Assembly (NCBI RefSeq): GCF_000219175.1
Contig: NC_015735.1
Span: 450,001-482,000 of the forward strand
Origin: Candidatus Moranella endobia PCIT
GTDB lineage: Bacteria > Pseudomonadota > Gammaproteobacteria > Enterobacterales > Enterobacteriaceae
DNA: 32,000 bases
Reading direction: 5' to 3'
This document shows, one piece after another, positions 1 to 10,554 of this stretch (position 1 is its first letter; each line of letters begins with the position of its first letter). A program made the translations under genes and the position numbers. The notes beneath the pieces were generated by a model. That model did not search any database and was not told the DNA's origin. It was given only the letters and a program-made list of their open reading frames with translations.

Positions 1-188
1 AGGCTACTACCTCTCGTATCGGCGAACATCAATTGTTTTACTGCCGACAGCGCGGTATCAGCAAAGATGATGCTATTTCGCTGATAGTTAATGGATTTTG
101 TAAGGAAGTTTTCTCAGAACTACCGCTGGAGTTTGCGGTGGAAGCACAAAAATTACTGGCTATTAACCTTACACACAGCGTGGGCTGA
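1..188 (+). CDS. sufB: Fe-S cluster assembly protein SufB, C-terminal end (5' part lies outside the window)
   Basis: Reading from nt 3 gives ...[55 protein letters not shown] followed by TGA at 186-188. This matches the conserved SufB C-terminus, and sufCDSE follows in canonical order. Confidence 0.85.
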   Translation, partial: ATTSRIGEHQLFYCRQRGISKDDAISLIVNGFCKEVFSELPLEFAVEAQKLLAINLTHSVG

Positions 189-244
189 AGTTGCCGAACC
201 TTGTTTGCGGCTGCTGCTACAGGCAAGGTCAAGAGAAATGAGAC

Positions 245-985
245 ATGTTATCGATTAAAGATCTTAACGTCAGTGTAAAAAACAACGTTATTCTCAATAG
301 ATTGAATCTAGAAGTAAAATTAGGTGAAGTGCATGCCATCATGGGGCCGAACGGTTCCGGTAAGAGTACCCTGGCCACTACTCTAGCAGGAAGTGAAGAT
401 TATGACGTAACATCCGGACAGGTTTTGTTCAAAGGCTGCAATTTACTGGAGCTAGAACCGGAAGAACGGGCCGGTAAAGGAGTTTTCATGGCTTTTCAAT
501 ATCCGTTAGAAATTCCCGGTGTCAGTAATCAGTTTTTCCTGCAAACTGCAGTCAATGCCGTACGTAAATACCGCAAGCAGTCGCCATTGGACCGCTTCGA
601 TTTTGCTGATTTCATAAACACCAAAATTGCACTGCTGCACATACCTGCTGACCTACTAACCAGATCAGTCAACGTAGGGTTTTCCGGCGGTGAGAAAAAA
701 AGTAATGATATTCTGCAAATGGTCGCGTTGGAGCCTGATTTGTGTATTCTGGACGAAACAGACTCAGGTCTAGATATCGATGCGCTGAAAATGGTCACTC
801 ATGGGGTTAATACCCTGCAAAATGGCGAACGTTCCTTTATTATTGTTACGCACTATCAGCGTATTCTTGATTACATTCAACCCGATTATGTCCATGTTAT
901 GAATCAGGGCCGAATTGTACAATCAGGTGATTTTTCTCTGGTAAAAAAGATTGAGGAACAAGGCTATGGCTGGCTTACTAAATAA
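245..985 (+). CDS. sufC: Fe-S cluster assembly ATPase SufC
   Basis: 246-aa ORF with Walker A GPNGSGKST, signature FSGGEKK and Walker B ILDETDSGLD. E. coli SufC is about 248 aa. Position between sufB and sufD is as expected. Confidence 0.95.
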   Translation: MLSIKDLNVSVKNNVILNRLNLEVKLGEVHAIMGPNGSGKSTLATTLAGSEDYDVTSGQVLFKGCNLLELEPEERAGKGVFMAFQYPLEIPGVSNQFFLQTAVNAVRKYRKQSPLDRFDFADFINTKIALLHIPADLLTRSVNVGFSGGEKKSNDILQMVALEPDLCILDETDSGLDIDALKMVTHGVNTLQNGERSFIIVTHYQRILDYIQPDYVHVMNQGRIVQSGDFSLVKKIEEQGYGWLTK

Positions 986-2279
986 ACGCAACAATAGTCG
1001 TAGTAATATTAGTAGTAATACTGCCGCACTTACACAGTGGCGCCAACTTTTTTTCGACCATAACTGTTCACCATTCACCGATAAATATGCGCATTGGCAG
1101 GATGTTGAACGCCTAGGTCTACCCAACGGTCAACATGAGCATTGGAAATACACCCCGCTTGACGGGCTACTTGCTCATAGTTTTACCCCCGCCACTACTA
1201 GTTTGGTATCTATCGATGACCTTGATGAGCTTAGTCTGAAGATAGATGCCTGCCGTCTAGTTTTTATCAATGGCAGTTTTGCCCCAACACTTAGTGATAG
1301 CCATACTGGCATATGGCAAGTAGAGGTCGAGAAGGGAGCAGCTAGGAGGTCACTGCCTGTCCCTATTCAGCCTGATATGTTCTTACATTTAACCGAAAGT
1401 CTGAGCCAGGAAACCACTAATATCCGCCTACCAGCTGGTATGGTGGCGCAACGTCCATTATATTTACTGCATCTTAGTCAGGGTAGCGATGATCAAGCCA
1501 ATCTTAGTACGGTGCATTACCGCCATCATCTTGAGGTGGGGGCCAACTCACAGTGTCAGGTTATTGAACATTTTGTTAGCATAAACGCCCACGGTCATTT
1601 CAGCGGGGCACGAATGTCAATGGCGGTCGACGCCAACGCCCACCTAAGCCATATCAAATTAGCCTTTGAAAGTCGCGCTAGCTACCATTTTGGTCATAAC
1701 GATATTAGCGTTGACCGAGCTGCTGTGGTACGCAGTAGTACGTTTATTTTAGGTGCTGGTTTAACCCGACATCAAACTAGTGCGCAGCTAAACGGCGAAG
1801 GTGCTAATATTGCAATAAACAGTTTGTTGCTACCTTCGGCGGCAGATATCAGCGATACCCGCACCTACCTTGAACACAACCAGGGCCATTGCTTTAGCCG
1901 CCAGCTGCACAAGGTAATCGCGCGCGACCATGGTAAGGGTGTGTGCAATGGATTGATTAAAGTGGCGAAAAATGCGCTCAAGACCGACGGTAAAATGACC
2001 AATAATAATCTGCTGCTAGACCGAATGACGGAGGTAGCTACCCAACCCAAACTTGAAATTTATGCCGATGATGTGAAGTGCAGCCATGGCGCCACCGTCG
2101 GACGAATTGATGAGGAGCAGATTTTTTATCTCCGTTCGCGTGGTATTGCCCGCAAGGAAGCTAAGCAGATGATCATTTATGCTTTTGCAGCGGAAGTTAC
2201 CGACAGGATTTGTAACGATGTGGTACGTGACACGGTGCTAACGCGCATCGTAGCTGCTTTGCAGGGGATCATGGCATGA
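966..2279 (+). CDS. sufD: Fe-S cluster assembly protein SufD
   Basis: The ORF opens at 951. The ATG at 966 gives MAGLLNK..., which matches the E. coli SufD N-terminus MAGLPN..., and HWKYTPL is conserved. It overlaps the sufC stop by 20 nt and sufS by ATGA. The start codon choice is uncertain. Confidence 0.88.
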   Translation: MAGLLNKRNNSRSNISSNTAALTQWRQLFFDHNCSPFTDKYAHWQDVERLGLPNGQHEHWKYTPLDGLLAHSFTPATTSLVSIDDLDELSLKIDACRLVFINGSFAPTLSDSHTGIWQVEVEKGAARRSLPVPIQPDMFLHLTESLSQETTNIRLPAGMVAQRPLYLLHLSQGSDDQANLSTVHYRHHLEVGANSQCQVIEHFVSINAHGHFSGARMSMAVDANAHLSHIKLAFESRASYHFGHNDISVDRAAVVRSSTFILGAGLTRHQTSAQLNGEGANIAINSLLLPSAADISDTRTYLEHNQGHCFSRQLHKVIARDHGKGVCNGLIKVAKNALKTDGKMTNNNLLLDRMTEVATQPKLEIYADDVKCSHGATVGRIDEEQIFYLRSRGIARKEAKQMIIYAFAAEVTDRICNDVVRDTVLTRIVAALQGIMA

Positions 2280-3499
2280 CCTATCCCATTGTGCGGATCC
2301 GGGCTGATTTTCCTATTCTGGCGCGTCAGGTGAATAATCGTCTGCTTACCTATCTCGATAGCGCGACTAGCGCACAAAAACCTAACGCTGTTATCAACTG
2401 TGAAATTGATTATTATCGCCACGGATATGCTGCGGTACACCGGGGTATTCATACTTTAAGCAATGAAGTTACAACCCGCATGGAAAACGTGCGTAAACAA
2501 GTGGCGCGTTTTATTAACGCAGCGTCGGCAGACGAAATTGTTTTCGTAAAAGGTTCCACCGAAGGCATAAATCTGGTCGCTAATAGCTGGGGGCAGCATA
2601 ACATGGGGCCTGGCGATAATATCGTTATCACCGAGATGGAGCATCATGCCAATCTTGTTCCATGGCAAGTACTGACGGAGGGAAAGCAGTTGTCGCTGCG
2701 CTACATTCCTGTGTTGCCCGACGGTACGCTAGATATTTCCCGACTGCCAACGCTGATTGATGAGCGCACCCGGCTGTGCGCCGTCACTCAAATATCCAAT
2801 GTACTCGGCACAAGTAATCCGCTGCCTGAAATTATTGCTCAGGTGCGCGCGGCCAGCGAAGCAGTAGTGCTAGTTGACGGGGCGCAGGGCATCATGCATC
2901 AGAAGGTGGACGTGCAGGCACTAGACTGCGATTTTTATGTATTCTCAGGCCATAAAATATATGGCCCATCTGGTATTGGTATTCTTTACGCTAAAAAAGC
3001 GCTGCTCGATGCCATGCCGCCATGGGAAGTGGGTGGTTCCATGATTCGTACCGTCAGCCTGACCGAGGGCATCACCTTTAACGATGCACCTTGGCGTTTC
3101 GAAGCTGGTTCTCCTAATACCGCAGGTATGGTTGGTCTGGGCGCCGCTATAGCATATGTTGAGCAGGTGGGACTTGACAACATTCAATGCTATGAGCATG
3201 ATTTGATGCACTATATGATCGAAGCGTTGCAGCAAGTGCCGAATCTGACGCTGTACGGACCGGATAATCGCACTGGCGTTATCGCTTTTAATTTGGGACA
3301 GCATCATGCCTATGATGTTGGCAGTTTTCTAGACCAATACGGCATCGCTATCCGTACTGGCCACCATTGCGCCATGCCACTGATGGCTTATTTTCAGGTA
3401 GCCAGTATGTGCCGTGCGTCTATTGCTATGTACACAGACCAGTATGATATAGACCGGCTGTTGGCCGGTCTGTTGAGAGTGCAACGTTTGCTAGGCTAG
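2276..3499 (+). CDS. sufS: Cysteine desulfurase SufS (PLP-dependent)
   Basis: 407 aa (E. coli 406). The PLP-lysine motif [13 protein letters not shown] and the catalytic Cys motif [11 protein letters not shown] are both present. Confidence 0.95.
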   Translation: MTYPIVRIRADFPILARQVNNRLLTYLDSATSAQKPNAVINCEIDYYRHGYAAVHRGIHTLSNEVTTRMENVRKQVARFINAASADEIVFVKGSTEGINLVANSWGQHNMGPGDNIVITEMEHHANLVPWQVLTEGKQLSLRYIPVLPDGTLDISRLPTLIDERTRLCAVTQISNVLGTSNPLPEIIAQVRAASEAVVLVDGAQGIMHQKVDVQALDCDFYVFSGHKIYGPSGIGILYAKKALLDAMPPWEVGGSMIRTVSLTEGITFNDAPWRFEAGSPNTAGMVGLGAAIAYVEQVGLDNIQCYEHDLMHYMIEALQQVPNLTLYGPDNRTGVIAFNLGQHHAYDVGSFLDQYGIAIRTGHHCAMPLMAYFQVASMCRASIAMYTDQYDIDRLLAGLLRVQRLLG

Positions 3500-3508
3500 T
3501 AGGAAAAG

Positions 3509-3922
3509 ATGGTGAAGCTACCTAATAAAGCTATATTTATGCACAATTTTTCTCGCTGCAACAATTGGGAAGAAAAATACTTGTATCTCATCGAACTTGG
3601 TGGCCAGTTACCACCGTTTGTTGGCATACGCAATCATGCTCATCTTATAGCTGGCTGTCAAAGCCGCGTATGGATTTTAATGGCGTTCGATGATCATGGT
3701 AACATCAAACTGCATGGTGACAGCGATGCAGCCATTGTAAAGGGTCTGATTGCCGTGTTGTTTATTCTTTATCAAGGGATGACGCCAGCTGAAATTATTA
3801 ACTATGATGTACAGCTATTTTTAGAGAAGCTAGCGCTAACTACGCACTTAACTTTGTTCCGGGCGCAGGGACTGGAAGCAATGGTGCGGGATATTCGCGC
3901 CCAGGCAGCGGCGCAGCTGTAA
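3509..3922 (+). CDS. sufE: Sulfur acceptor protein SufE
   Basis: 137 aa (E. coli 138). Conserved [15 protein letters not shown], the acceptor Cys in GCQSRVW and [13 protein letters not shown] are present. Confidence 0.9.
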   Translation: MVKLPNKAIFMHNFSRCNNWEEKYLYLIELGGQLPPFVGIRNHAHLIAGCQSRVWILMAFDDHGNIKLHGDSDAAIVKGLIAVLFILYQGMTPAEIINYDVQLFLEKLALTTHLTLFRAQGLEAMVRDIRAQAAAQL

Positions 3923-4036
3923 TACTTAACGTGATTATATATGTTGTATGTGACGCAGATAGATCAATCATACTTCTTCAGTCATCAGATCACCGTAGGC
4001 TCATCGGCGGCTACAACAAACAACACATAACATGGA

Positions 4037-4672
4037 TTAGTTACGCGCTAAGAACGGATTAGTATGGCGCTCGTGGCCAATAGTGGACATTGGACCATGT
4101 CCTGGTAGAAAAGTAATGTCATCTGCTAACGGCAGAAGTTGATAATTAATTGAATGCATCAATGTAGCAAGATCGCCTCCTGGTAGGTCAGTTCGGCCAA
4201 TACTGCCATTAAACAACACGTCTCCCATTAAAATGAATTTTGCCAATTTATTCCAGAACACCACATGCCCCGGAGAATGGCCGGGACAGTGTAGTACCTC
4301 GAACGATAACTTACCAACACTAACCTTGGCGCCATCCGTTAACCATCGATCAGGTATCAATGGCTGGATACGTTCTATGCCAAACATTTGACACTGACCG
4401 GGGATACTAGCCATTAGTGTTTCATCGTCGCGATGAGAACCTATAATAGGTACATGATAAAAAGCTGCTAATTCGTTAGCAGCGCCTACATGATCAAGAT
4501 GGCCGTGAGTAAGCCATATTTCTTTTACCGTCACCCCTTGTGCCGCCACTTCTTGACGTAACCAATTTGCGTCGCCGCCAGGATCCACTAGCGCTGCTTC
4601 TCCAACTTGCTCGCACCAAACTAAAGAACAATTTTGGCGAAATTTTGTGACCGGCATAATGTGATATTTCAT
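4037..4672 (-). CDS. gloC: Metallo-beta-lactamase fold hydrolase, YcbL/GloC-type hydroxyacylglutathione hydrolase
   Basis: 211 aa beginning MKYHIMPVTKFRQNCSLVWCEQ, compared with E. coli YcbL [22 protein letters not shown]. The metal motif THGHLDHVG and CPGHSPGH are present. Confidence 0.85.
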   Translation of the reverse strand: MKYHIMPVTKFRQNCSLVWCEQVGEAALVDPGGDANWLRQEVAAQGVTVKEIWLTHGHLDHVGAANELAAFYHVPIIGSHRDDETLMASIPGQCQMFGIERIQPLIPDRWLTDGAKVSVGKLSFEVLHCPGHSPGHVVFWNKLAKFILMGDVLFNGSIGRTDLPGGDLATLMHSINYQLLPLADDITFLPGHGPMSTIGHERHTNPFLARN

Positions 4673-4674
4673 GC

Positions 4675-4944
4675 TTAATCCTGTCTTAAAGTTTGCGTCA
4701 TATTATCATCATCACTTGTAATCACCGACCGCGACATCATGGATATTTTATCCATACCACAATACTCGCAGCGGTTCGAGAAGTACTATCCGTTCAAGCG
4801 GACTAGTAGCGCTACCGCATAATTAAGATAGCTTCCCGTTAGTAGTAAACCAACACATCCAACTTGCAAAGTTATCAGTTAATGGATAGTAATTTTAAAA
4901 GCTAGCAAATAGAAGTTTACCCCTACAGCGATTAACAACATCAT
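4675..4944 (-). pseudogene. Unidentified remnant: a single reading frame with a hydrophobic (membrane-like) N-terminal part, interrupted by two in-frame stops
   Basis: My hand translation of the - strand from the ATG at 4944 gives MMLLIAVGVNFYLLAFKITIH*LITLQVGCVGLLLTGSYLNYAVALLVRLNG*YFSNRCEYCGMDKISMMSRSVITSDDDNMTQTLRQD*. The internal stops are TAA at 4879-4881 and TAG at 4786-4788. It lies in the 337-bp lpxK-gloC gap. No family assignment is possible by eye. Confidence 0.3.
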
Positions 4945-5009
4945 GGTTATTCTCTCTAATTTGCAATTCTATAGTTGAAATATTATGCTGCGAATTTATG
5001 AGTGATATT

Positions 5010-6017
5010 TTATTTGCCCCCTTCTGCCTCTGACTGGTAGTGCCGGATGGACTGCTCAACTTGCATCAGCAAAAATTGTTCCGCGTCTGCTGGTAGAAGC
5101 GCGTATACTGGTAAATACCACCAATTATCGCGCGCAAATGAGTAGCATTTTACTGCGTCCTTCTCGGTCATGAGCAAATATTCATCAGGTGTAGCCAACT
5201 TTTCGAGCATGTGCTGCCTATAGGCTTGATGATCACTGAACGCAAATTCCCTTGCGGGAATCACGCCTCTCGCGCGGAGAGTGGCAAAAAAACGCGCCGG
5301 ATTACCAATCCCGGCCATAGCTACCATCGGCGTTAAGCCTGTGATAGCGCGATGTTCTCCGCTCAGCAAATGTACAGCAGCACCGGCTTCCAGGCGCATC
5401 GGTACTTCACCAGAACGAGTATCACCACCGTTGACGATGACCGCCTGTACCTGCCGCAAGCGCTTAGCTCGTTCGCGCATAGGACCTGCTGGTAGCAACC
5501 AGCCGTTGCCGAATCTACGTTCACCGTCAATGACTACCCACTCTATATCCCGCCCTAAAGCATAATGCTGCAAACCGTCATCAGTAATAACCACGTCCAG
5601 TGGCTGTGCGCGCAGCAGCGCTGCTGCCGCTGCAGTGCGCTGGGGTGCAACCGCTACCGGTACTCCTGTGCGCTGCCAAATTAAAAAAGGTTCATCACCG
5701 CACTGTTCGCTAGTACTGCTAACATCTAGCAGCAACGGGTAATGCGCCGAGCGCCCACCGTAGCCACGCGCTATTACACCGACCTGCCAACCACGCTGCT
5801 GTAATTTTGTCACTAGCCACAGCACTAATGGTGTTTTGCCGTTCCCACCAGCGGTTAGATTGCCCACTACCACAATCGGCAACGGAAAATGATGAACTGT
5901 ACGCCAACCGCGTCGATAAATGTAGCGAATAATCGCTGTTATCAGCCCATACAGCCAGGACAATGGTAATAATACAATAGAAATCGGCGATACACCGGAC
6001 CAAATGCTGGTAATCAT
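5010..6017 (-). CDS. lpxK: Tetraacyldisaccharide 4'-kinase LpxK (lipid A biosynthesis)
   Basis: 335 aa (E. coli 328). [17 protein letters not shown], the P-loop [12 protein letters not shown] and TEKDAVKC are conserved. It overlaps the msbA stop (ATGA), as in the E. coli msbA-lpxK operon. Confidence 0.92.
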   Translation of the reverse strand: MITSIWSGVSPISIVLLPLSWLYGLITAIIRYIYRRGWRTVHHFPLPIVVVGNLTAGGNGKTPLVLWLVTKLQQRGWQVGVIARGYGGRSAHYPLLLDVSSTSEQCGDEPFLIWQRTGVPVAVAPQRTAAAAALLRAQPLDVVITDDGLQHYALGRDIEWVVIDGERRFGNGWLLPAGPMRERAKRLRQVQAVIVNGGDTRSGEVPMRLEAGAAVHLLSGEHRAITGLTPMVAMAGIGNPARFFATLRARGVIPAREFAFSDHQAYRQHMLEKLATPDEYLLMTEKDAVKCYSFARDNWWYLPVYALLPADAEQFLLMQVEQSIRHYQSEAEGGK

Positions 6018-7765
6018 TTACCCACCTGTAAACGGTGTAACTGGTAGTAAACCCCATGGCCCGCAATCAGTTCGTCATGATTACCGCGCTCAACAATCCT
6101 GCCATCCTCAACCACTAGAATTTCATCAGCTTTTTCAATTGTGGACAAACGATGGGCGATCACCAGTGATGTCCTATTTTTTTGCACAGCATCCAGCGCT
6201 TTTTGGATTGTTCGTTCAGATTCAGTATCAAGCGCCGAGGTTGCTTCATCTAGGATAAGAATTGGGCAATCGCGCAGCAGAGCGCGCGCGATAGCGATGC
6301 GTTGACGCTGACCGCCGGAGAGTATGACACCGTTTTCGCCTATTACTGTGTCAAGACCCATTTTCATGTTCTCGATGAACTCCATTGCGTAGGCCATGCG
6401 AGCTGCGTTTTCGACCTGCTCACGAGAATAGTTTGCCTGGCGGGCATAAGCGATATTGTTAGCGATAGTATCATTAAATAAATGCACGGTTTGGGAAACC
6501 AACGCAACTTGGTTACGCAGCGATACTAGCTTATAGGCACGCAAATCGATCCTATCGAGTAGAATTTTGCCTTGTTGTATATCGTAAAAACGAGTTAACA
6601 AATGTGCGATAGTAGATTTACCGGAGCCGGAGCGGCCCACCAGCGCCACGGTATTACCCGCTGGGATGGTTAAGCTGATATCTCGTAGCGATGGTGTCTC
6701 TGTGCCCGTATAGGAAAAGGTAACATGTTCAAAGACGATCTCACCTTGAACGCGTTCAACTTCTACCGTACCCTCATCTTTTTCTATTTCCATATCGAAA
6801 ATAGAAAATAACGTCTGGCAAGCAGCAATACCTCGTTGGAACTGGGTATTGACGTTATTAAGAGCTTTTAGCGGTCGCATCAGGGCCATCATGGAAGAAA
6901 AGACAACAGTAATAGTACCAGCGGTCAAGGTTTCCATGACCGCTGGTAAACTGGCAGTATACAGAACAAAAGCAAGCGCAAGAGAGATGATCAACTGCAT
7001 CAGCGGATCGGAGAGCGATGAGGTAGCCACCATTTTCATTTCCTGTTGACGCATGTGGTTACTGACACTGTTAAAATGCTCTTTTTCTAACTTTTTGCCG
7101 CCAAAAATCAGTACTTCCTTATGCCCTTTAAGCATTTGCTCCGCGCTGTTTGCAACCTGCCCCATGGTATTTTGCATTTTTTTGCTGATCTGACGGTATC
7201 TTTTAGATACCTGCCGGATAGCCAAAGATACCACTGGTATGATCAGAACCAAAATTAGCGACAGTTGCCAATTATGATAGAACATCATCGTGAACAGCCC
7301 GATGATAGATGACCCTTCACGAATTACCGTAATCAACGCGTCAGCGGAAGATTCAGCTATCTGTTCAGCATCATAGGTGATACGCGAAAGCAAGGTACCT
7401 GTAGACTGCTGATCGAAAAAAGATACTGGCATATCAATAATATGATTGAACAGCAGGCGGCGCATGTCCATCACCACTTTACCCGAGACCCAGGATACGC
7501 AATAGTTGGAAATAAAGCCACTTACGCCGCGCAGCAACATCAGGCCAATCACCACCAGCGATATCCAGACAAGAATGTAGGTGCTAGTAGTTTGACCAAA
7601 TCCGTCATCCAGGAGCGGTTTTAATAGCGATAACATAAAGGTATCGCTGGAGGCATTGAGTATAAGGGCAATAGTCGCAACAATCAGACCTATCTTGAAA
7701 GGTGAGATCATCGGCCATAGGCGACGGAAGGTCTGCCAGGTTGATAGATCTTTATTGTTTAGCAT
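6014..7765 (-). CDS. msbA: Lipid A / LPS flippase, ABC transporter MsbA
   Basis: The ORF extends to 7804 (TTG), but the ATG at 7765 gives [18 protein letters not shown], matching the E. coli MsbA N-terminus [18 protein letters not shown] (583 aa against 582). Walker [18 protein letters not shown] and [12 protein letters not shown] are present. Confidence 0.95.
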   Translation of the reverse strand: MLNNKDLSTWQTFRRLWPMISPFKIGLIVATIALILNASSDTFMLSLLKPLLDDGFGQTTSTYILVWISLVVIGLMLLRGVSGFISNYCVSWVSGKVVMDMRRLLFNHIIDMPVSFFDQQSTGTLLSRITYDAEQIAESSADALITVIREGSSIIGLFTMMFYHNWQLSLILVLIIPVVSLAIRQVSKRYRQISKKMQNTMGQVANSAEQMLKGHKEVLIFGGKKLEKEHFNSVSNHMRQQEMKMVATSSLSDPLMQLIISLALAFVLYTASLPAVMETLTAGTITVVFSSMMALMRPLKALNNVNTQFQRGIAACQTLFSIFDMEIEKDEGTVEVERVQGEIVFEHVTFSYTGTETPSLRDISLTIPAGNTVALVGRSGSGKSTIAHLLTRFYDIQQGKILLDRIDLRAYKLVSLRNQVALVSQTVHLFNDTIANNIAYARQANYSREQVENAARMAYAMEFIENMKMGLDTVIGENGVILSGGQRQRIAIARALLRDCPILILDEATSALDTESERTIQKALDAVQKNRTSLVIAHRLSTIEKADEILVVEDGRIVERGNHDELIAGHGVYYQLHRLQVGK

Positions 7766-7870
7766 GCATTTCAGTGTCCAAACTATAGCGGTTAATTGTA
7801 CCAAGTTAAATTAACGATGCAAAAATACTCAAGAAACAATAACAAATTGTGATGCCTACAAAGAGCATCA

Positions 7871-8386
7871 TCATCTGGTGGTCTCTTTTAATAGACCTAC
7901 TGTAAGATTGCGCGCCGTATAAATTACGGTACCGTCACATATTAATTCACCGTCAGCTATACCCATCACAAGTTTTCGGTTAAGCACGCGGCGAAAATTA
8001 ATACGGTAAGTAACTTTTTTTGCGCTTGGCAAAATCTGCCCGGCGAAGTTAACTTTACCTACGCCAAGCGCGCGTCCTTTGCCTTCGCCGCCAAGCCAGC
8101 CTAAATAGAAACCAATTAACTGCCACATAGCTTCCAGCCCCAAACAACCAGGCATCACAGGGTCACGAATAAAATGACAGCCGAAGAACCACATATTAGG
8201 TTGAATATCTTGTTCCGCTTCTACAAAGCCTTTATTGTAATAGCCGCCATCTTCGTTCATTTTGACCACCCTGTCTATCATCAGCATATTAGGTGCAGGC
8301 AATTGAGGGCCCTTTTCTCCAAAAAGTTCACCACGGCTGGAAGCCAGCAGATCTTCTTTAGTATACACTTCGCATTTATCTACCAT
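7871..8386 (-). CDS. fabA: 3-hydroxydecanoyl-ACP dehydratase/isomerase FabA
   Basis: 171 aa (E. coli 172). [31 protein letters not shown] and the active-site region [17 protein letters not shown](E)AMWQ match. The ycbZ-fabA adjacency is as in E. coli. Confidence 0.95.
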   Translation of the reverse strand: MVDKCEVYTKEDLLASSRGELFGEKGPQLPAPNMLMIDRVVKMNEDGGYYNKGFVEAEQDIQPNMWFFGCHFIRDPVMPGCLGLEAMWQLIGFYLGWLGGEGKGRALGVGKVNFAGQILPSAKKVTYRINFRRVLNRKLVMGIADGELICDGTVIYTARNLTVGLLKETTR

Positions 8387-8442
8387 ATTTCTCTAAACCT
8401 TATTATTGAGTACAGCAATCAAATGTACCGACATACAGGCAG

Positions 8443-10206
8443 CTAGTCATTCCTTGCTCGCTGGTTAAACCAGTTTAACCAGCGGAAGCACCAGGGCAAA
8501 AGTTTTTGTTCGCGCAGATAAAAATTAGAGATACGTGCACGGATAGCAGCTAGCAGATTTGGCAGATGGTCATTATCAAAAGACATTGCGGTCAGAATTT
8601 CCAACGTGTCATCAATAGTATCAACCGCCCATAGGGAAAATTGTCCCTCACTAACCGCCTCGATAACATCGTCATGCAAGCATAGGTGGCGTACATTTGC
8701 TGTTGGCAGTATAACTCCTTGAGCACCGGTCAACGCGCGCGCCTGGCAAAAGGCAAAAAAGCCTTCTATTTTTTCATTGACCCCACCGATTGGCTGTACG
8801 TGGCCAAATTGATCAACCGAGCCGGTGACAGCTATTTGTTGATTGATAGGTTTATCCGCCAGCGCACTAATAAGCGCTACCCCTTCCGCCAAAGAAGCGC
8901 TGTCTCCGTCAACTTCGCCATAAGACTGCTCGAATACCAGTGAGGCGGAGAAAGGCAGCTGTTGGTCAAGCTTAAGTGCTGACATTAAAAATGCTTGAAT
9001 GATTAGCATGCCCTTAGTGTGAAGATTGCCGCCAAGTTCAGCTTTGTGTTCGACGTCGTTGATTTCGCCATCGCCAACATGTACTACGCAGCTAATGCGA
9101 GATGGTTCGCAGAACGGTAGCGGGTGGCCAGGGAAATCCAACAACGACAGGGCATTGACTTGGCCGACTACATGTCCTTCATTTTCCAACATAATTTGGC
9201 TGGCGACGATCTCATATTGCATGCGCTCGCTGAGATAACTCTCTCGCCAGCTACGTTTTTGCTCACTATCGGTAAACGCAGTGGCGGTAAGCTGCTCATG
9301 TTTTGAGCCATAATACATCGCCGCCTCTTTCAGGCGTCGGCTGAGCCAATGTGGACACAAAGGCAGCTGATAATGATCGCCGCTATAGCGGATTGCTTGT
9401 CGTACAAGCACCGGCCACGCATCTGCACTCAATAGCGGTAATCCATGTTGCTGTGCTAAGGTGTTAACCCATGAGCACCATTTTGCCATCTTATCTGGGC
9501 CAATTATGCATAATTCTGACTCAAATTCGCCATACATTGCGAAACTGGTAAGTTCTGGTTCTATAGCATTAAGATCAGCTAAACCTGCACGATTGCCGAC
9601 TACAATCAGCCGTAAGTTCAGCGGTATCGACGGTACGGCTACCGGTAATGGACGGCTGGTGTTTTCCGGCAACCAATCGAAGCGCTGCTGCAAGATCATA
9701 TGCTTTAGTCGTAGCCATAGCACAGGCTGGCGTACCAACGCGCGTACGCCAACGATGAGGATGCCACCGTTAGCGCGGTGCACCAGGCCTGGTTGCAAAT
9801 ATAACACATCGCGATAGAAGCGCAGCGCGCCAAATAGCTGCTCATATTCAACCAAAGACTGCCATACGCAGGAAGCACGATCCATATTGGTCGCCGGCTG
9901 TGTGCTAACGCCTATATCGGCAACGAGATGGCGGCTACTAACATTTTGACTCGAAGCATCAAGAATCTGTTTAACCGTCTCAGCAATTAGCTGAAAATAA
10001 TCATTATTCTCTTGTGCCGTCAGAAGCATAAATCGACTAGGCGAGCGTGATGAATTACAAAATTGCATCAATCCGTCCATAAGACGGGCCTGCAGCATGG
10101 CCAAAGGGGCTGATAGAGGCGGATAGGGTTGGTTAAATATTGCTGCGAAACAGGCAAGATCGGGCAGCAAATCTGTCCCTTTTAACTTGTTTTTATTGGT
10201 CAACAT
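8443..10206 (-). CDS. ycbZ: Lon-protease-like protein YcbZ (LonH family)
   Basis: The ORF opens at 10242 (TTG). The ATG at 10206 gives 587 aa (E. coli YcbZ 586). The Lon proteolytic domain motifs EPSRISCVVHVGDGE, KAELGGN.H.KG and SYGEVDGDSAS are present. It sits upstream of fabA, as in E. coli. Confidence 0.85.
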   Translation of the reverse strand: MLTNKNKLKGTDLLPDLACFAAIFNQPYPPLSAPLAMLQARLMDGLMQFCNSSRSPSRFMLLTAQENNDYFQLIAETVKQILDASSQNVSSRHLVADIGVSTQPATNMDRASCVWQSLVEYEQLFGALRFYRDVLYLQPGLVHRANGGILIVGVRALVRQPVLWLRLKHMILQQRFDWLPENTSRPLPVAVPSIPLNLRLIVVGNRAGLADLNAIEPELTSFAMYGEFESELCIIGPDKMAKWCSWVNTLAQQHGLPLLSADAWPVLVRQAIRYSGDHYQLPLCPHWLSRRLKEAAMYYGSKHEQLTATAFTDSEQKRSWRESYLSERMQYEIVASQIMLENEGHVVGQVNALSLLDFPGHPLPFCEPSRISCVVHVGDGEINDVEHKAELGGNLHTKGMLIIQAFLMSALKLDQQLPFSASLVFEQSYGEVDGDSASLAEGVALISALADKPINQQIAVTGSVDQFGHVQPIGGVNEKIEGFFAFCQARALTGAQGVILPTANVRHLCLHDDVIEAVSEGQFSLWAVDTIDDTLEILTAMSFDNDHLPNLLAAIRARISNFYLREQKLLPWCFRWLNWFNQRARND

Positions 10207-10554
10207 TATACGTCGCTGTTTGGTTAACTGCTGATTATACAAGAAAAGCGTATTCTTCTTTGCTGGTGTTACATACCTGCGGCATCGTTGTAGCCACTTT
10301 TCTACGTGAACGTCATTAGTCTAGTAAGCTGCAATGAAGTTTTTTATTAAAACTCATTTGAGTCAGGCTTAATTTATAGCTCAATATATTAGTACAGTGT
10401 CGATATCAAGTGCTTTATAAGCTATTTATTCATGCACATAGTGATTATAATTGATATAATTGGAGATATCACCTAACCTTATTAAGTTAGCATCTAAACT
10501 TTGGTCAGCTTCCGGTTAATAAGTATGATTTCTCTTTAAGAGGTTTTGATATTT

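Noticed and set aside
38-232. 64-aa ORF on the - strand at the left edge.
   Set aside because: It lies antisense to the clearly conserved sufB C-terminal coding frame, so it is a shadow ORF.
951-965. Upstream alternative starts suggested by the ORF track: sufD at 951, msbA at 7804, ycbZ at 10242, recC at 15269, fldA at 10546, rplF at 23831, rpmD at 25266 and rpsK at 27821.
   Set aside because: Except for sufD at 951 (an ATG), these are TTG or GTG codons upstream of an ATG that reproduces the conserved N-terminus and length of the E. coli orthologue, so I preferred the internal starts.
5719-6066. 115-aa - strand ORF that overlaps lpxK and the msbA end in another frame. The + strand ORFs 5281-5565 and 6004-6258 fall in the same category.
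   Set aside because: All are alternative-frame or antisense overlaps of the well-supported lpxK and msbA genes, with low-complexity Arg/Ala/Ser-rich products and no independent signals.
7842-7862. Hairpin TGATGC-N9-GCATCA just downstream of fabA (- strand), a possible terminator.
   Set aside because: The stem is short (6 bp) with a 9-nt loop and only a weak, interrupted T-tract. It is too weak to annotate.
9461-9817. 118-aa + strand ORF inside ycbZ, together with 8686-8943, 9026-9238 and 9124-9306.
   Set aside because: They are antisense to the conserved Lon-like ycbZ frame, and their composition is typical of shadow ORFs.
10441-10472. AT-rich inverted repeat GTGAT...ATCAC enclosing TATAATTGATATAATTGG upstream of fldA. 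It has a Fur-box-like or operator-like appearance.
   Set aside because: The arms are only 5 bp and the region is generally AT-rich. The resemblance to the Fur consensus is loose, and fur itself is not present at its usual place after fldA. I cannot support an operator call without a motif scan.
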